From an uncultured Oscillospiraceae bacterium (GTDB lineage Bacteria; Bacillota; Clostridia; Christensenellales; CAG-314), in assembly GCA_964506035.1 (NCBI GenBank), contig CAZDLE010000002.1, positions 1-59,809 on the forward strand: a stretch of DNA of 59,809 nt. The letters are read 5' to 3'. The translations under genes and the position numbers were made by a program. Shown piece by piece: positions 20,038 through 31,277 of this stretch. The notes under the pieces were generated by a model. It saw only the letters and a list, made by a program, of their open reading frames with translations, did not search any database and was not told where the DNA came from. Every line of letters begins with the position of its first letter. Within the stretch, counting starts at the first letter, position 1.

Positions 20038-23000
20038 ATGATAACCATCTACAAAAACAGTACAACTAAACAATCGGCAATGCAAATTGTCCAAGTGCTA
20101 AAACGCGTGGACAAAAGCAATTTGTCCGTTATGCACACGGTTATTGTGCCCGATCGCGCCTCGTTGGAAATGGAACGTCTAATTCTGCAACAGGTGGGCG
20201 GTAGTTTTAACGTGCAGGCGCTAACCTTCAAACGCCTTGCGTCACGCATTTTGCCCAAGTTCGACTACCTTTCCAAACAGGCGGGCATCATGGCGCTTAC
20301 GGGAATCATCCAAGATAACAAACAGCACCTAAAGTGCTACACAAAGGGTGTGGACAGTGCCGGTTTCGTTGCCGATATGTACGATACCATCAGCATGATG
20401 AAATACTGCAAAATTCCGCCGGAAAGGTTGGACGACGAGCGTTTTCCGCGCAGTATTCGTACCAAAACGGCGGATATTGCCCTTTTGTATCGTGAATATC
20501 TAAATTATACTCAAAACAGATTTGTGGATTCCGCCGACAAACTGGATTTGCTGTGCGACCAGTTGCCCAAGGTGGAAAGTATCAAAAACGGATACTTTTA
20601 CATTTGCGATTTCGACAACCTTTCCGCACAGGAACTTGCTCTTGTGGAACAGCTTATGCTAAATAGCCAAGGTGTTGCGGTGTCCTGCTGTGTTGGTAAA
20701 AAAACTGCCGACAAGTATTTGTACTTGGACGATATCTATAACGGCGTTTTGCAGGTTTGCGCGCGCAACGGAATCGAAGCGAACATCGTGGAAAACGCTC
20801 AAACCGCCCAAAACGAGGTAACAAGGCAAATAGGCGAGCATTTATATCGCTACACCACGCCAACTGCGGTGGAAAGTGGCAATTTTGTGGAAATCTTCCA
20901 AGGGGAAACGCGCTACAAGGAAGTGTACAACCTTGCCTGTCACGTGCAAAACTACGTGCGCGAAGGCGGGCGATTTAAGGATGTGTACGTTGTCACCAGC
21001 GACGTGGATAAATACGCAAATTCCATAGCCAATGTTTTTTCGCAGTTGCAAATTCCCTATTTTTGCGATAGGCAGTTTGCCTTGACTGACCAACCGTATG
21101 CGCAATTTGTGTTGGATTATCTAAATTTGTGCAACAACAACGGCAGATTGCAAAACGTTTTGAGTTTTGTTAAAAACTACTTGTACAGTGGCGATTTTGA
21201 CGGCAACACCGACGAGAACGACGTGTACAAGTTTGAAAACTACTGCTTAAAGTACAATATTTCCTACCGTTACGACGGTTTTTCGTTAGGTTTGGACGAC
21301 TACTACTATCCTCGTGCGGAAGTTTTCCGTCAAAAGTTTAACGATTTGTACAAGAACGCGACCTTCCCACGCTCGGCAAAAGGTGTAGATTTCGTTGCAG
21401 GGGTGCGCAATTTGCTGTCTATCTGCGACGTGGCAAACAGAAACGCCTTGCTTGCAGAACGCCAACTTGCCAATGGACTTTCCACGCAAAGTAGCGTAAC
21501 AAGTCAAAGTGTAGAAAAATTCGAGCAGGTTTTAGTGCAAGCGGAAACCATTTTGGGCAACCGCTATCTTACGTTGGAAGATTTTATAAAATCTCTAACG
21601 GCAACGGTTGCATCGGTAAAAATTTCCGTCATACCGCAACACAACGACTGCGTTGTTTTTGCCAACATGGCAAAGGCGCGCAAGCACGATATCAAATTTT
21701 TGGCACTTTTGGGCGCAAACTACGGCGCAATGCCCATTGTAAAAAGCGATTGCAAATTGCTTACCGATTCCAACATCAAGGATTTGCTTTCGGCTGGAGT
21801 AAACGTGGAACCGCAAATTTCCACCGAAAACAAGCGCGAGAGGTTTAGTTTGTTCCAACTTTTGCAAGAACCGACGGACAAGTTGTACGTATCGTACACC
21901 GCCACCGACGGAAAAGACACGCTAATCCCATCCCCCTTTGTGGAGCAACTTTGCAACATGTTTTTGCAAAATGGCAAACCGCTTGCCGTGTGCGAGCAGG
22001 AAGTTGAAGACGTGTTTACAAAAAAACAAGCCATTGCCAAAGTGGTTTTGAACAATCGCAAACTTGCCGACCAACAAATGGTAAAAATGCCCACCTTCAA
22101 GGTGCTTAGCAACCTTTTCCACAAGGAAATCGAAAGGTATCATTTCCGCAAAAACGGTCAAGACGTAACCATTCAAGGTGGCGACAAGCTGTTTTTCAAA
22201 AGTGCGCGCACCAGCGTTAGCCAACTTACGCAATTTTTCCAATGCCCGTACAACTTTTATATCAAGTACGGTCTAAACGTAAAACCACGCGAAGTTGCCA
22301 AGTTGCAATCCAACGACTTGGGCACCATTTTGCACGACGTTATGGAACACTACGTTGCACAGGTGGACGTTACGGAAACGGACGAACAAACCAAGCAAAA
22401 GGCAGTGGAATGTTTCGACAAGGCGCTAAGTAGCGATTTTTACCGCGCGCTCAAAAACGACCCGCAAATGCAAGGTATCCTTTCGCAACTGCAGGCGGAA
22501 GCCATCCGCATGTGCAAAGTCGTCAAAAAACAACTGTCAAATTCCAAATTTACCAACATCAAAACGGAACTTTCCTTCGATGGCGAAAACGCCCCGATGG
22601 TGCAGGTGGACTACGGCGAAGGCAAGTTTAACCTTAACGGCAAAATTGACAGAATCGACGGCTACAATGGTCACTTGATCATAATTGACTACAAAAGTGG
22701 TGCCACCGCCGCCCACTACACGGAAACCAGCCTGTACGACGGTCAAAAAATGCAACTTTTGGTGTATTTACGTGCCGCGCAGGATTTCTACAAGTTGCGT
22801 CCTGCCGGATTTTATTATTTCAATATGCACAACAACTTTACCGACGCCACCGAAGAAAAGGTGTATACCTATCAAGGTCGCACGTTGAACGATATTGATA
22901 TCGTCCGTGCAATTGATACCACTTTGGAAACGGGTGATTTTAGTGAAAAGTTGAACCTAAAACTCAAAAAAGACGGTTCCTTGCCACAAAAAAATACGCT

Positions 23001-23238
23001 AATCGAAGCGGAGCAGTTCGATCATCAAGTGACCTACGCAACGGAACTGATCAAGCGTGCAGGCAAACTGATGCATCGTGGCTACGTTGCCGTCACACCC
23101 TACGAAGGCGTTTGTTCCTTCTGCGACTACAAAGATATTTGCGATTTTGGCGACGTGTACAACTATGCTGCGCGCAAGGTAAAATCGGTAAACGCTAAAA
23201 ACATAACGGACATTGTAACGGAGGACGAAGATGAGTAG
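20038..23238 (+). CDS. addB: Helicase-exonuclease AddAB subunit AddB (RexB)
   Basis: About 1066 aa from ATG 20038. It has a C-terminal PD-(D/E)XK region (IIIDYKSG) and Fe-S type cysteines (QCPYNFY ... CSFCDYKDIC). It overlaps the addA start by 8 nt. Confidence 0.88.
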   Translation: MITIYKNSTTKQSAMQIVQVLKRVDKSNLSVMHTVIVPDRASLEMERLILQQVGGSFNVQALTFKRLASRILPKFDYLSKQAGIMALTGIIQDNKQHLKCYTKGVDSAGFVADMYDTISMMKYCKIPPERLDDERFPRSIRTKTADIALLYREYLNYTQNRFVDSADKLDLLCDQLPKVESIKNGYFYICDFDNLSAQELALVEQLMLNSQGVAVSCCVGKKTADKYLYLDDIYNGVLQVCARNGIEANIVENAQTAQNEVTRQIGEHLYRYTTPTAVESGNFVEIFQGETRYKEVYNLACHVQNYVREGGRFKDVYVVTSDVDKYANSIANVFSQLQIPYFCDRQFALTDQPYAQFVLDYLNLCNNNGRLQNVLSFVKNYLYSGDFDGNTDENDVYKFENYCLKYNISYRYDGFSLGLDDYYYPRAEVFRQKFNDLYKNATFPRSAKGVDFVAGVRNLLSICDVANRNALLAERQLANGLSTQSSVTSQSVEKFEQVLVQAETILGNRYLTLEDFIKSLTATVASVKISVIPQHNDCVVFANMAKARKHDIKFLALLGANYGAMPIVKSDCKLLTDSNIKDLLSAGVNVEPQISTENKRERFSLFQLLQEPTDKLYVSYTATDGKDTLIPSPFVEQLCNMFLQNGKPLAVCEQEVEDVFTKKQAIAKVVLNNRKLADQQMVKMPTFKVLSNLFHKEIERYHFRKNGQDVTIQGGDKLFFKSARTSVSQLTQFFQCPYNFYIKYGLNVKPREVAKLQSNDLGTILHDVMEHYVAQVDVTETDEQTKQKAVECFDKALSSDFYRALKNDPQMQGILSQLQAEAIRMCKVVKKQLSNSKFTNIKTELSFDGENAPMVQVDYGEGKFNLNGKIDRIDGYNGHLIIIDYKSGATAAHYTETSLYDGQKMQLLVYLRAAQDFYKLRPAGFYYFNMHNNFTDATEEKVYTYQGRTLNDIDIVRAIDTTLETGDFSEKLNLKLKKDGSLPQKNTLIEAEQFDHQVTYATELIKRAGKLMHRGYVAVTPYEGVCSFCDYKDICDFGDVYNYAARKVKSVNAKNITDIVTEDEDE

Positions 23239-26200
23239 AAAATACACCCCCGAACAACAAAACGTAATAGATTTTCCGCGCAACAATGCCCCCATGCAAA
23301 ATATGCTGGTTTCGGCATCGGCAGGCACCGGAAAAACCACCGTTATGATCGAGCGCATTGCAAGGCTTATTTCTCAAGGCGTAAACGTCGATCAAATTGT
23401 GGTCGTCACCTTTACTACCCTTGCCGCTGCGGAAATGAAAACGCGTCTGCTTGCAAAACTGTCGCAACTTGCCGATAACGCACGCGTTCGCGAACAATTG
23501 GAAAAGTTAGATACCGCCTACATTTGCACCCTGCACTCTTTTTGCAGCGATTTGCTACGCAACTATTTTTACGTGGTAGATATCGACCCATCATTTACCA
23601 TTTTGGATGGAATCACCGCTGCCAACCTAAAAAAGAACGCCGTCGACGAACTGTTCAAAGAGTACTTTGCCGAAAAGGACGACGATTTTTTGCGACTGTA
23701 CAAAATTTATGCAACGGGACGCAAGGAAGAAAATTTCAAACAACTTGTTTTGCAGTTGTACGAGTTTTCACGAAACGTTGTAGATTTTGAGCAGTGGTAT
23801 CAAAATGTACGCAAAACCTATCTTAACAACGACAATACTGGACCTTTAATGTCCATTTTGGTGCAAGATGTCTCTTCAAGTATCAATCACTACAAAGCGC
23901 AACTGCAACAACTTGTACAGCGTTGTCTTGCCGAAGGCGGTACGCAAATTGCACAAGTCTGCCAAGCCAATTTGGACAACCTAAACAAACTAAATCCGCT
24001 TGACGCTCAAAGTTTGTTTAACGATTTTTGCAAGTTTGATTGGCAACGGCTCGTTGCAAAAAATCGAAAGGTTTACGTTGCAATGGACGACGTCGTTATC
24101 GAAGAAAAAATCCGCGACGACTTCAAAGCTATCGACGAATCTTTCAAAAAGAAACGCGAAGTGTATCAAAAACTTACCAATAACAAAACGCTGGACGTTA
24201 TGTGGCAGGAAATGGCACAATCGGTGCAACTGTCCGACAAACTTGTGGAAATGGTGTGCAAATTCCAAAACAAGTTTTTTGCTCTCAAAAAACGTCGTGG
24301 CGTTGTGGATTTTAGCGATTTGGAACATCTTACGTTGCAAGTTTTACGTGATGACGAATCGGCGGAAAGCATCAAGCAAAAGTACAAACTTGTGTTTGTG
24401 GACGAGTATCAAGATACAAACCCCGTGCAGGAAGCCATCGTCAACGCCCTTGCCAACGCCGACCACTTGTTTATGGTGGGCGATATCAAACAATCAATCT
24501 ACGGTTTTCGTGGATGCGATCCCTCCTTTTTTGCCACCAAGCACCGCAAATATCTTCAAAATGACGGTGGTGTTGCCGAGCAACTAAACGACAACTTCCG
24601 CAGCAACAAAGATATTTTGGATTTTGTAAATCTTGTGTTTAATCAAATAATGACGGAAGATTTAGGCCAGGTAGACTACCGCCAAAACGCTCAACTGCGT
24701 GGACAAACGGAACGCACCCTAAAGCAAGTGCCGTCGGTACGTATCAGTTTTCTGCCAAAAAGCACCGTTGACGAACCTATCTGTGGCTACTACGACGTCA
24801 CGAAACGCACCGATTTTCTCAACGAAAGCGCACAAGCAAAGGCTATTGCCAACCGAATCAAAAGTTACGTCGGCATGGCGTACAAAGACAAGGACGGCAA
24901 CGCAAAACGCATCCAATACGGTGATATCGTAGTTTTGATGCGCGGTATGACTGCCCGCGCAACGGAAATTTACAACGCGCTGGTTGATTGCAACATTCCT
25001 GTTACGGCAGGGTTCAAACTGGACGGTTTTGCTTCCAAGGAAGTGCGCGAAATCGTCAACCTTTTGCGCGTTATCGACAACCCCTACAACGACGTATATC
25101 TTGTGGGTGTGTGCTTGTGTAGTTTTGGTGATTTGTCGGAAACGGATCTTGCCGACGTGCGACTTAACACAAGCGGACGGGTGCCATTTTTCGACCGTCT
25201 TTGCGAGTACGTGCAGTTGTATCAAAACGAAACGGCGCAAAAAATCGCCAATTTGCTAAAATTGTTGGACGATTTGCGATTTTATTCGCGTGGAGCATCC
25301 GTATGCGAAGTGGTGCTAAAGGTTATCGAACAAACCAATTTCGATTTGTTTGTTCAAGGTTTGCCCAACGGCGGTTTGCGACTTAACAAACTAAACGCCT
25401 TTGTGGACAGTTTGAAGGGCGCATCCTATGCCGAAAGTATCGACAAATTTTTGTACTATATCGACGAAACGGACGAAGCGCGCTCCGAACAGGCTCTTGC
25501 CACCACAAACGCCGTCCGCATCATGACCATGCACGCGTCCAAAGGGTTAGAATTTCCCATCGTTATTTTGGCAGGCATGGAAACAATGTTCAATTTCGAT
25601 AGTCCGGGCGATTTGCACTACGTTTTGCACAGTACCGATTTGGGCATTGCCACCAACTACTACGATTTCGACCACATGAAGCGTTGCGAAACGATAGGTT
25701 CCTTTGCCTGCAGTTTGTACAACAAACGTAAACAACGCGAAGAAGAAATGCGTCTTTTGTACGTCGCAATGACGCGTCCCAAGTACGTTTTGGATATTTT
25801 TGCCTCGGCGGATCAAAAACAACTGGACAAAATGCCTAACCAACCGCAAAATGCCAACAGCAATCTCGATTGGTTGTTGTATGCTCTAAAAAACACATTG
25901 CCTACTTTGCAGTGCCAAAGCGACAGCCTTACCGTCGAAGTGGTGGACGAAGTGTGGTCCACGTCTTCCATCCAACAGGATTTTTTGTGCGAACAACAAA
26001 CGGACGTGGCGCAAATTGTGGAAAAACTCAACTACGAGTACCCCTTCCAAGATCAAACCAAAATGCCTACAAAACTTGTCAGTTCCGCATTGGACAAGCA
26101 ATTTTTGGACGACGACGAAAGTGTAACCGCGCCGGTAATCGTGCAGGACGACAAAAACAAAATCGGCACTGCCTACCACACCGTGTATCAATTTGTGGAC

Positions 26201-26641
26201 TACAACGCCAACGTCGAGCAAATACAAAGCACGATTTCTCAACTTGTGGAACAGGGCAAAATGGATACGCAGTACGCAACACAACTGGATGTAAATTTGA
26301 TTTTCCAAACTTTGCAAAATCCCGCTCTAAAACAAATTTTGCAGGGCGGAAAAGTGTATCACGAAATCCCCTTTATGTTGTACGCCCCCTACGACCAACT
26401 TGCCAAAGACAAACGGTTTAGCGACGACGTTATGTTGCAGGGCGTTATCGATTTGCTGGTTGTTGGAAAAGACAAAGCAACCGTTGTAGACTTCAAATAC
26501 ACGTCCCGCAGTGACAAGGTTTTTGAGCGTTACCCCTATCAACTTGCCAGCTACAAGCTTGCCGTAAAGGATATTTGCGGAATAGATAACGTAGATGCCT
26601 ACGTCCTTTCCATTGCAGATAACAAACTTATCAAAATGTAA
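23231..26641 (+). CDS. addA: ATP-dependent helicase/nuclease AddAB subunit AddA (UvrD/Rep family)
   Basis: Walker A SAGTGKTTVM, VDEYQDTN, and a C-terminal nuclease motif GVIDLLVV...VVDFKYT. 1136 aa. Confidence 0.93.
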   Translation: MSRKYTPEQQNVIDFPRNNAPMQNMLVSASAGTGKTTVMIERIARLISQGVNVDQIVVVTFTTLAAAEMKTRLLAKLSQLADNARVREQLEKLDTAYICTLHSFCSDLLRNYFYVVDIDPSFTILDGITAANLKKNAVDELFKEYFAEKDDDFLRLYKIYATGRKEENFKQLVLQLYEFSRNVVDFEQWYQNVRKTYLNNDNTGPLMSILVQDVSSSINHYKAQLQQLVQRCLAEGGTQIAQVCQANLDNLNKLNPLDAQSLFNDFCKFDWQRLVAKNRKVYVAMDDVVIEEKIRDDFKAIDESFKKKREVYQKLTNNKTLDVMWQEMAQSVQLSDKLVEMVCKFQNKFFALKKRRGVVDFSDLEHLTLQVLRDDESAESIKQKYKLVFVDEYQDTNPVQEAIVNALANADHLFMVGDIKQSIYGFRGCDPSFFATKHRKYLQNDGGVAEQLNDNFRSNKDILDFVNLVFNQIMTEDLGQVDYRQNAQLRGQTERTLKQVPSVRISFLPKSTVDEPICGYYDVTKRTDFLNESAQAKAIANRIKSYVGMAYKDKDGNAKRIQYGDIVVLMRGMTARATEIYNALVDCNIPVTAGFKLDGFASKEVREIVNLLRVIDNPYNDVYLVGVCLCSFGDLSETDLADVRLNTSGRVPFFDRLCEYVQLYQNETAQKIANLLKLLDDLRFYSRGASVCEVVLKVIEQTNFDLFVQGLPNGGLRLNKLNAFVDSLKGASYAESIDKFLYYIDETDEARSEQALATTNAVRIMTMHASKGLEFPIVILAGMETMFNFDSPGDLHYVLHSTDLGIATNYYDFDHMKRCETIGSFACSLYNKRKQREEEMRLLYVAMTRPKYVLDIFASADQKQLDKMPNQPQNANSNLDWLLYALKNTLPTLQCQSDSLTVEVVDEVWSTSSIQQDFLCEQQTDVAQIVEKLNYEYPFQDQTKMPTKLVSSALDKQFLDDDESVTAPVIVQDDKNKIGTAYHTVYQFVDYNANVEQIQSTISQLVEQGKMDTQYATQLDVNLIFQTLQNPALKQILQGGKVYHEIPFMLYAPYDQLAKDKRFSDDVMLQGVIDLLVVGKDKATVVDFKYTSRSDKVFERYPYQLASYKLAVKDICGIDNVDAYVLSIADNKLIKM

Positions 26642-26992
26642 CAAATCAGCCTTTATCTTATCAAAATGTAACAAACTAACCATTTAACCCCTATTTTCGT
26701 ATTGCTTAAAGGTTGGTTCTGTGTAGTTTGGCAGACGTCTGCCGTTTGTTTGCATGCGACGTACGTTGTCAAAAACATCCAAAGTGTAGTCGAAAACTTG
26801 CAAAACAAAGTGTCGTGCAACGACGGTAAGTGGTTGCAATTCGTTGCTAATTGCAGCAAATATTAGCAACGTACTTTGAGTTGTGATACCTTGATTACAC
26901 TCTAAAACCGTATGCTACGCCTTTGTGCTTGCATGCCATGTTTTTCGAACGGTTTGCAAGTGATGCTTATTTCTAAATATCAATTTTCAAAG

Positions 26993-27027
26993 GTCCTTTC
27001 CCTTTTTGAGAAAGGACTTTTTGTTTT
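26993..27027 (+). terminator. Orphan rho-independent terminator ~350 nt after addA
   Basis: gtcctttc-ccttttt ga-gaaaggac followed by tttttgtttt. No annotated ORF ends just before it. Confidence 0.55.
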
Positions 27028-27222
27028 GGCTCTGCGTGGTATCAATTTGCAAAAACAGCAAACCTAAACACAAATCATACTGGCGAAACTCGTGGTTTTG
27101 TGTGGTATCAATTTTACGAAAAATAGCAAACTAAATCTTTATTTGTAAAAATTCATTTTAGCGGTTTATCGGCGGATTTTTTCGTCAACAATTTTGTCAA
27201 CGTAATGGTCAAAGGAGATATC

Positions 27223-28221
27223 ATGCAACAACTATCGTACTTTTTGCTCAACTACAAAAACTATGTTTTGCTTGCCACGTTCGGCGTTTTGTCGGTAACG
27301 GCACTTGCCAATTTTGTGTTTAACCCCTACGGCGAACAAAATGCAAAACTAAAACGATTTAACAAAAAGATGCTAAAACGTCCAAGTAGTGTTGTGACGG
27401 AAATACATCTGCTTCCCAAGGAATATCAACGGCAATGGCGCGCCTACGTCAACAGCGGATGCGAAAAACCTTCCACCGTGTTCGAATTTGTAAAACGCCC
27501 CGCGCCATATTTGTTGTGGTTTGCACACTTTGTGGCAACGGCAACGAGCGTTTTCTACTTGATTGTGGCAATTTTGCTAAACTATTCGTCACTTTTTACT
27601 ACGCAAATCGTCTTTTTGCTACTAAGCGCATTGCTTTTGATAGTCAAAAAGGTTATCGACCAAATAAATCTTGCCCATGCACGCAAGGTTTTCGGCAAGT
27701 TTTTGCACGATCTAAACACCGTCACTCAACTGTACAAGAATGTAAACGAACCACGGCAAGATAATTGCGTTTTCAATCGCACGACGTCGCAACGTAACGC
27801 AACAAGCCAACTGCAACAGTCTTTGGACGGCAACCAACCGTCGCAATTTACTGCGCCGATAAATAAAACGTTGCAACAATCATCTTTTTTCACGACGGAC
27901 CAACCACAACGTCCCACGCAACCAATTGCACCTGCCGAAGATAGTGGTTTTATGCGACCGGTTTTGCCCGTCGAAACAACTCAAACGGAACTTCCACAAA
28001 TCCAGCCGTCTTGCAAAACGCTTTCTCAAACACCACCGTCACAAGCGGAGCAACCTTTCGCCCAGCCGTTGCAAAGTGAATCGCCCAACGAAACCATAGT
28101 AGACAAAGCGGTGCGAATTCTTCGTCAAAAGGGGTTGGACAATCCGCGTACCGTCGAAGAACAACGCAAACTAAACCTTGCACTAAACAACTTGTTGCAA
28201 GCGTGTTGCAAACGTAACTAA
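27223..28221 (+). CDS. Hypothetical membrane protein with Gln/Pro-rich low-complexity C-terminal half
   Basis: ATG 27223 follows aaaggag. It has an N-terminal TM helix plus two central TM helices, then a QPQRPTQPIAPAE / QTELPQIQP type region. Confidence 0.6.
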   Translation: MQQLSYFLLNYKNYVLLATFGVLSVTALANFVFNPYGEQNAKLKRFNKKMLKRPSSVVTEIHLLPKEYQRQWRAYVNSGCEKPSTVFEFVKRPAPYLLWFAHFVATATSVFYLIVAILLNYSSLFTTQIVFLLLSALLLIVKKVIDQINLAHARKVFGKFLHDLNTVTQLYKNVNEPRQDNCVFNRTTSQRNATSQLQQSLDGNQPSQFTAPINKTLQQSSFFTTDQPQRPTQPIAPAEDSGFMRPVLPVETTQTELPQIQPSCKTLSQTPPSQAEQPFAQPLQSESPNETIVDKAVRILRQKGLDNPRTVEEQRKLNLALNNLLQACCKRN

Positions 28222-28237
28222 CTTTTTGCAAATTTAC

Positions 28238-28266
28238 AACCTTCGTCAAAACGAAGGTTTTTTTGC
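28238..28266 (+). terminator. Rho-independent terminator
   Basis: aaccttcgt-caaa-acgaaggtt followed by a T-run. Confidence 0.75.
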
Positions 28267-28436
28267 TCATTTTAGGCGGTTTTTGCCTTTTTTTCGCAAA
28301 AACAGGGAGTTTTTGTCCAAAATCGAGTGTAACTATAACGTTGTATCAAAGGTGTTGCAATTATCTTTGCAGTGTGGTAAAATTACGATAGGCAACGTTT
28401 GTTGTTGCCAAATAACCTTTCAAGAAGGAATTATTT

Positions 28437-29798
28437 ATGAAAATCATTGTTGCGGGTTGTGGAAAAATCGGCAAAACAATTATCGAAAGTCTTGTCGAAG
28501 AAAAACACAAAATCGTAGCTATCGACCACAACCCCAAAGTAGTGGAAAACATCACCAACACCTACGACGTTATGGCGGTTTGCGGAATGGCAACTTCGCT
28601 GGAAATCCTCAACGAAGCAGGCGTTGCCCAAGCGGATTTGTTTATCAGCGTAACGCACAACGACGAAGTAAACATGTTGGCGTGCTTCCTTGCGCGAAGT
28701 CTTGGTGCACAACACACAATCGCTCGTGTACGCGAAAGCAACTACAACGACGACAGTTTGCGCTTTATTTCCAAACAACTTAACATTTCCGTGCCACTCA
28801 ACCCCGAACGGCTCACCGCCGAAAACCTTTTTAACCGTTTGCAACTGCCCGCTTCGGTAAACGTGGATACTTTTGCCGGCAAAAAGGTTCAACTTTTGGA
28901 AATAACCCTGCGCGAAGAATCCAAAATCGTTGGTATGGAACTTGCTCAAATCCGTTCAAAATCTTCCGTACCTTTTGTTGCGTGCGTGGTAAAGCGCGAC
29001 GATCAAGTGTACATTCCTACTGGCAACTTCGTTTTGCAGGAAGGTGACAAAGTTGCGTTTATGGTAAAACGTAACGATGCTAACAAATTTCTCAAAACCA
29101 TCGGTCTTGTGCAAAAACAAGCACACAATGTTATCATTTTGGGCGCAAGCACCATTGCCTACTACTTGGCAAAAATGCTCACCGACAACAACTACGGCGT
29201 AAAAATTATCGAAAAGGATCCTGCCCGTTGTACGGAAGTATCTCAACTGTTGCCCGCTTCTGCAACAATCATCTGCGGAGACGGTTGCAGTCAGGAAATT
29301 TTGTTGGAAGAGGGTATCAAAACCACCGACGCCCTTGTTGCGTTGACGGGCCGTGACGAAGACAACGTTCTCGTTGCGCTGTATGCCATCAACCAAAACG
29401 TTCCAAAGGTAATCCCCAAGGTAAACGATTCGCAAAAATACGCCCTTGTGGAAAAATTGGGTATGCCCACTCCCGTTACTGCGCAAAAAATCGTTGCAAA
29501 CGTAATCACCAGATATGCCCGCGCGTTACACAACACGTTGGGTAGTGCTATCGAAACGTTGTATTCGTTGATGGACGGCGATGCGGAAGCGCTGGAATTT
29601 GCCGTTTTGCCCGATTGTGCGCTTATTGGCAAAAAATTCAAAGATTTACAAATCAAACCCAATTTTATCGTTGCTTGTATCGTCCGTGGCAAGGAAACGA
29701 TCATTCCCACCGGCGAAGATGATCTAAAAGTCGGAGACAAAGTGGTCGTTATTTCCGCCGGCAAACGTCTTATGGACTTGGCGGACATGCTGAGGTAG
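28437..29798 (+). CDS. trkA: Trk system potassium uptake protein TrkA (tandem RCK/NAD-binding)
   Basis: MKIIVAGCGKIGKT and a second VIILGASTIAYYLA Rossmann motif, 453 aa. Confidence 0.93.
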   Translation: MKIIVAGCGKIGKTIIESLVEEKHKIVAIDHNPKVVENITNTYDVMAVCGMATSLEILNEAGVAQADLFISVTHNDEVNMLACFLARSLGAQHTIARVRESNYNDDSLRFISKQLNISVPLNPERLTAENLFNRLQLPASVNVDTFAGKKVQLLEITLREESKIVGMELAQIRSKSSVPFVACVVKRDDQVYIPTGNFVLQEGDKVAFMVKRNDANKFLKTIGLVQKQAHNVIILGASTIAYYLAKMLTDNNYGVKIIEKDPARCTEVSQLLPASATIICGDGCSQEILLEEGIKTTDALVALTGRDEDNVLVALYAINQNVPKVIPKVNDSQKYALVEKLGMPTPVTAQKIVANVITRYARALHNTLGSAIETLYSLMDGDAEALEFAVLPDCALIGKKFKDLQIKPNFIVACIVRGKETIIPTGEDDLKVGDKVVVISAGKRLMDLADMLR

Positions 29799-29804
29799 TT
29801 TGGT

Positions 29805-31277
29805 ATGAATCTTCGTATGATTTTTAACACGCTGGGCAAGTCGTCGGTGGCCCTTGCGGGACTACTACTGTTGCCTACCATAGCGTCCCTTGTGTGCAAC
29901 GACGGTTGCGCGTGGGTGTTTGCAGTGACCATTGGCATTGCCCTTTTGGTGGGAATTTTGCTAACCTGCTTTATAAAACCACGTCACACGGCAATTTTTT
30001 CTCGCGAAGGGTTTGTAACAGTGTCACTCGTGTGGATTTACTTCTCACTTGTGGGCGCATTGCCCTTTGTTCTCAGTGGACAAATCCCCAACTATATCGA
30101 CGCGCTTTTCGAAACGGTTAGCGGTTTTACCACAACCGGTGCATCTATTTTGACGGGTACGCAAATCGAAGGTATGTCCAAAGGACTACTGTTTTGGCGC
30201 AGTTTTACCAACTGGATAGGTGGTATGGGTATCATTGTGTTCGTTATGGTGTTTGCAACCGGTTCGCAGGATCGCAGTATTCACGTACTTCGTGCGGAAA
30301 TGCCCGGTCCCACGGTAGACAAACTAGTTCCACGCGCACGCGATACGGCAAAAATGTTGTACCTTATCTACGCAGGGATGACGGCACTGCTCGTTGTGTT
30401 GCTAACGTGTGGTGGAATGCCGTTTTTCGACAGCCTTTTGCACGCATTTAGCACTGCAGGTACAGGCGGATTTGGTATCAAGGCGGATAGCATTGCATCC
30501 TACAACAACTATTGCCAGTGGGTTATCACCATATTTATGTTTTTATTTGGCGTAAACTTTAACGTGTATTGCTTGTTGGCACTTCGTCGCGTAAAATCGG
30601 CGTTTTCCAGCCAAGAAGTATTTATGTATTGCGGTATCACGTTGGTTACAATCGCCACGATAACAATCAATCTATTTGGATTGTTCTCATATACGGAAAG
30701 TTTTGGTGATGCACTGCGCATTGCAAGTTTCCAAACGGTGTCCTTTATGACGACCACAGGATTTACCAACATCCCGGCAAGCTCCAATGTGAACTTTTTC
30801 CCGCAACTTTCCAAATTGTTGCTACTGCTCGTTATGTTTATCGGCGGATGCGCCGGATCAACTGCAGGTGGACTAAAAGTGTCGCGCGTTGGCATGCTTT
30901 GTTGCGCCGTCAAAAAGGAAATTAGACGTTTGTTGCATCCACGTAGTGCAAACGTCGTCAAGTTCGAAGGTAAAGTGCTCACCGACGAAACCTTGCAAGG
31001 CGTTGGCTCATACTTTGTGGTGTATATCTTTATCATGGCGGTTGCCCTTGTTGCACTAAGTTTCGATCCCAACGGAAAAATAGATTTTGTTACCAATTTT
31101 TCTGCGGTGACGTCCTGTTTTAACAATATCGGTCCTGCCTATGGCGAAGCAGTCGGCGGATTTTTCGTATTTTCCTATTTCTCCAAAATCGTGCTTACCA
31201 TAGCAATGCTTTTGGGTAGATTGGAAATTTTCCCCTTGCTAATACTCTTCCACCCAGCCACTTGGAAACGTCAATAG
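29805..31277 (+). CDS. trkH: Trk/Ktr family potassium transporter membrane subunit TrkH
   Basis: Four pore-loop-like motifs (SGFTTTGAS, STAGTGGFG, MTTTGFT, GSTAGGLKV), multi-TM, 6 nt after trkA. Confidence 0.93.
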   Translation: MNLRMIFNTLGKSSVALAGLLLLPTIASLVCNDGCAWVFAVTIGIALLVGILLTCFIKPRHTAIFSREGFVTVSLVWIYFSLVGALPFVLSGQIPNYIDALFETVSGFTTTGASILTGTQIEGMSKGLLFWRSFTNWIGGMGIIVFVMVFATGSQDRSIHVLRAEMPGPTVDKLVPRARDTAKMLYLIYAGMTALLVVLLTCGGMPFFDSLLHAFSTAGTGGFGIKADSIASYNNYCQWVITIFMFLFGVNFNVYCLLALRRVKSAFSSQEVFMYCGITLVTIATITINLFGLFSYTESFGDALRIASFQTVSFMTTTGFTNIPASSNVNFFPQLSKLLLLLVMFIGGCAGSTAGGLKVSRVGMLCCAVKKEIRRLLHPRSANVVKFEGKVLTDETLQGVGSYFVVYIFIMAVALVALSFDPNGKIDFVTNFSAVTSCFNNIGPAYGEAVGGFFVFSYFSKIVLTIAMLLGRLEIFPLLILFHPATWKRQ

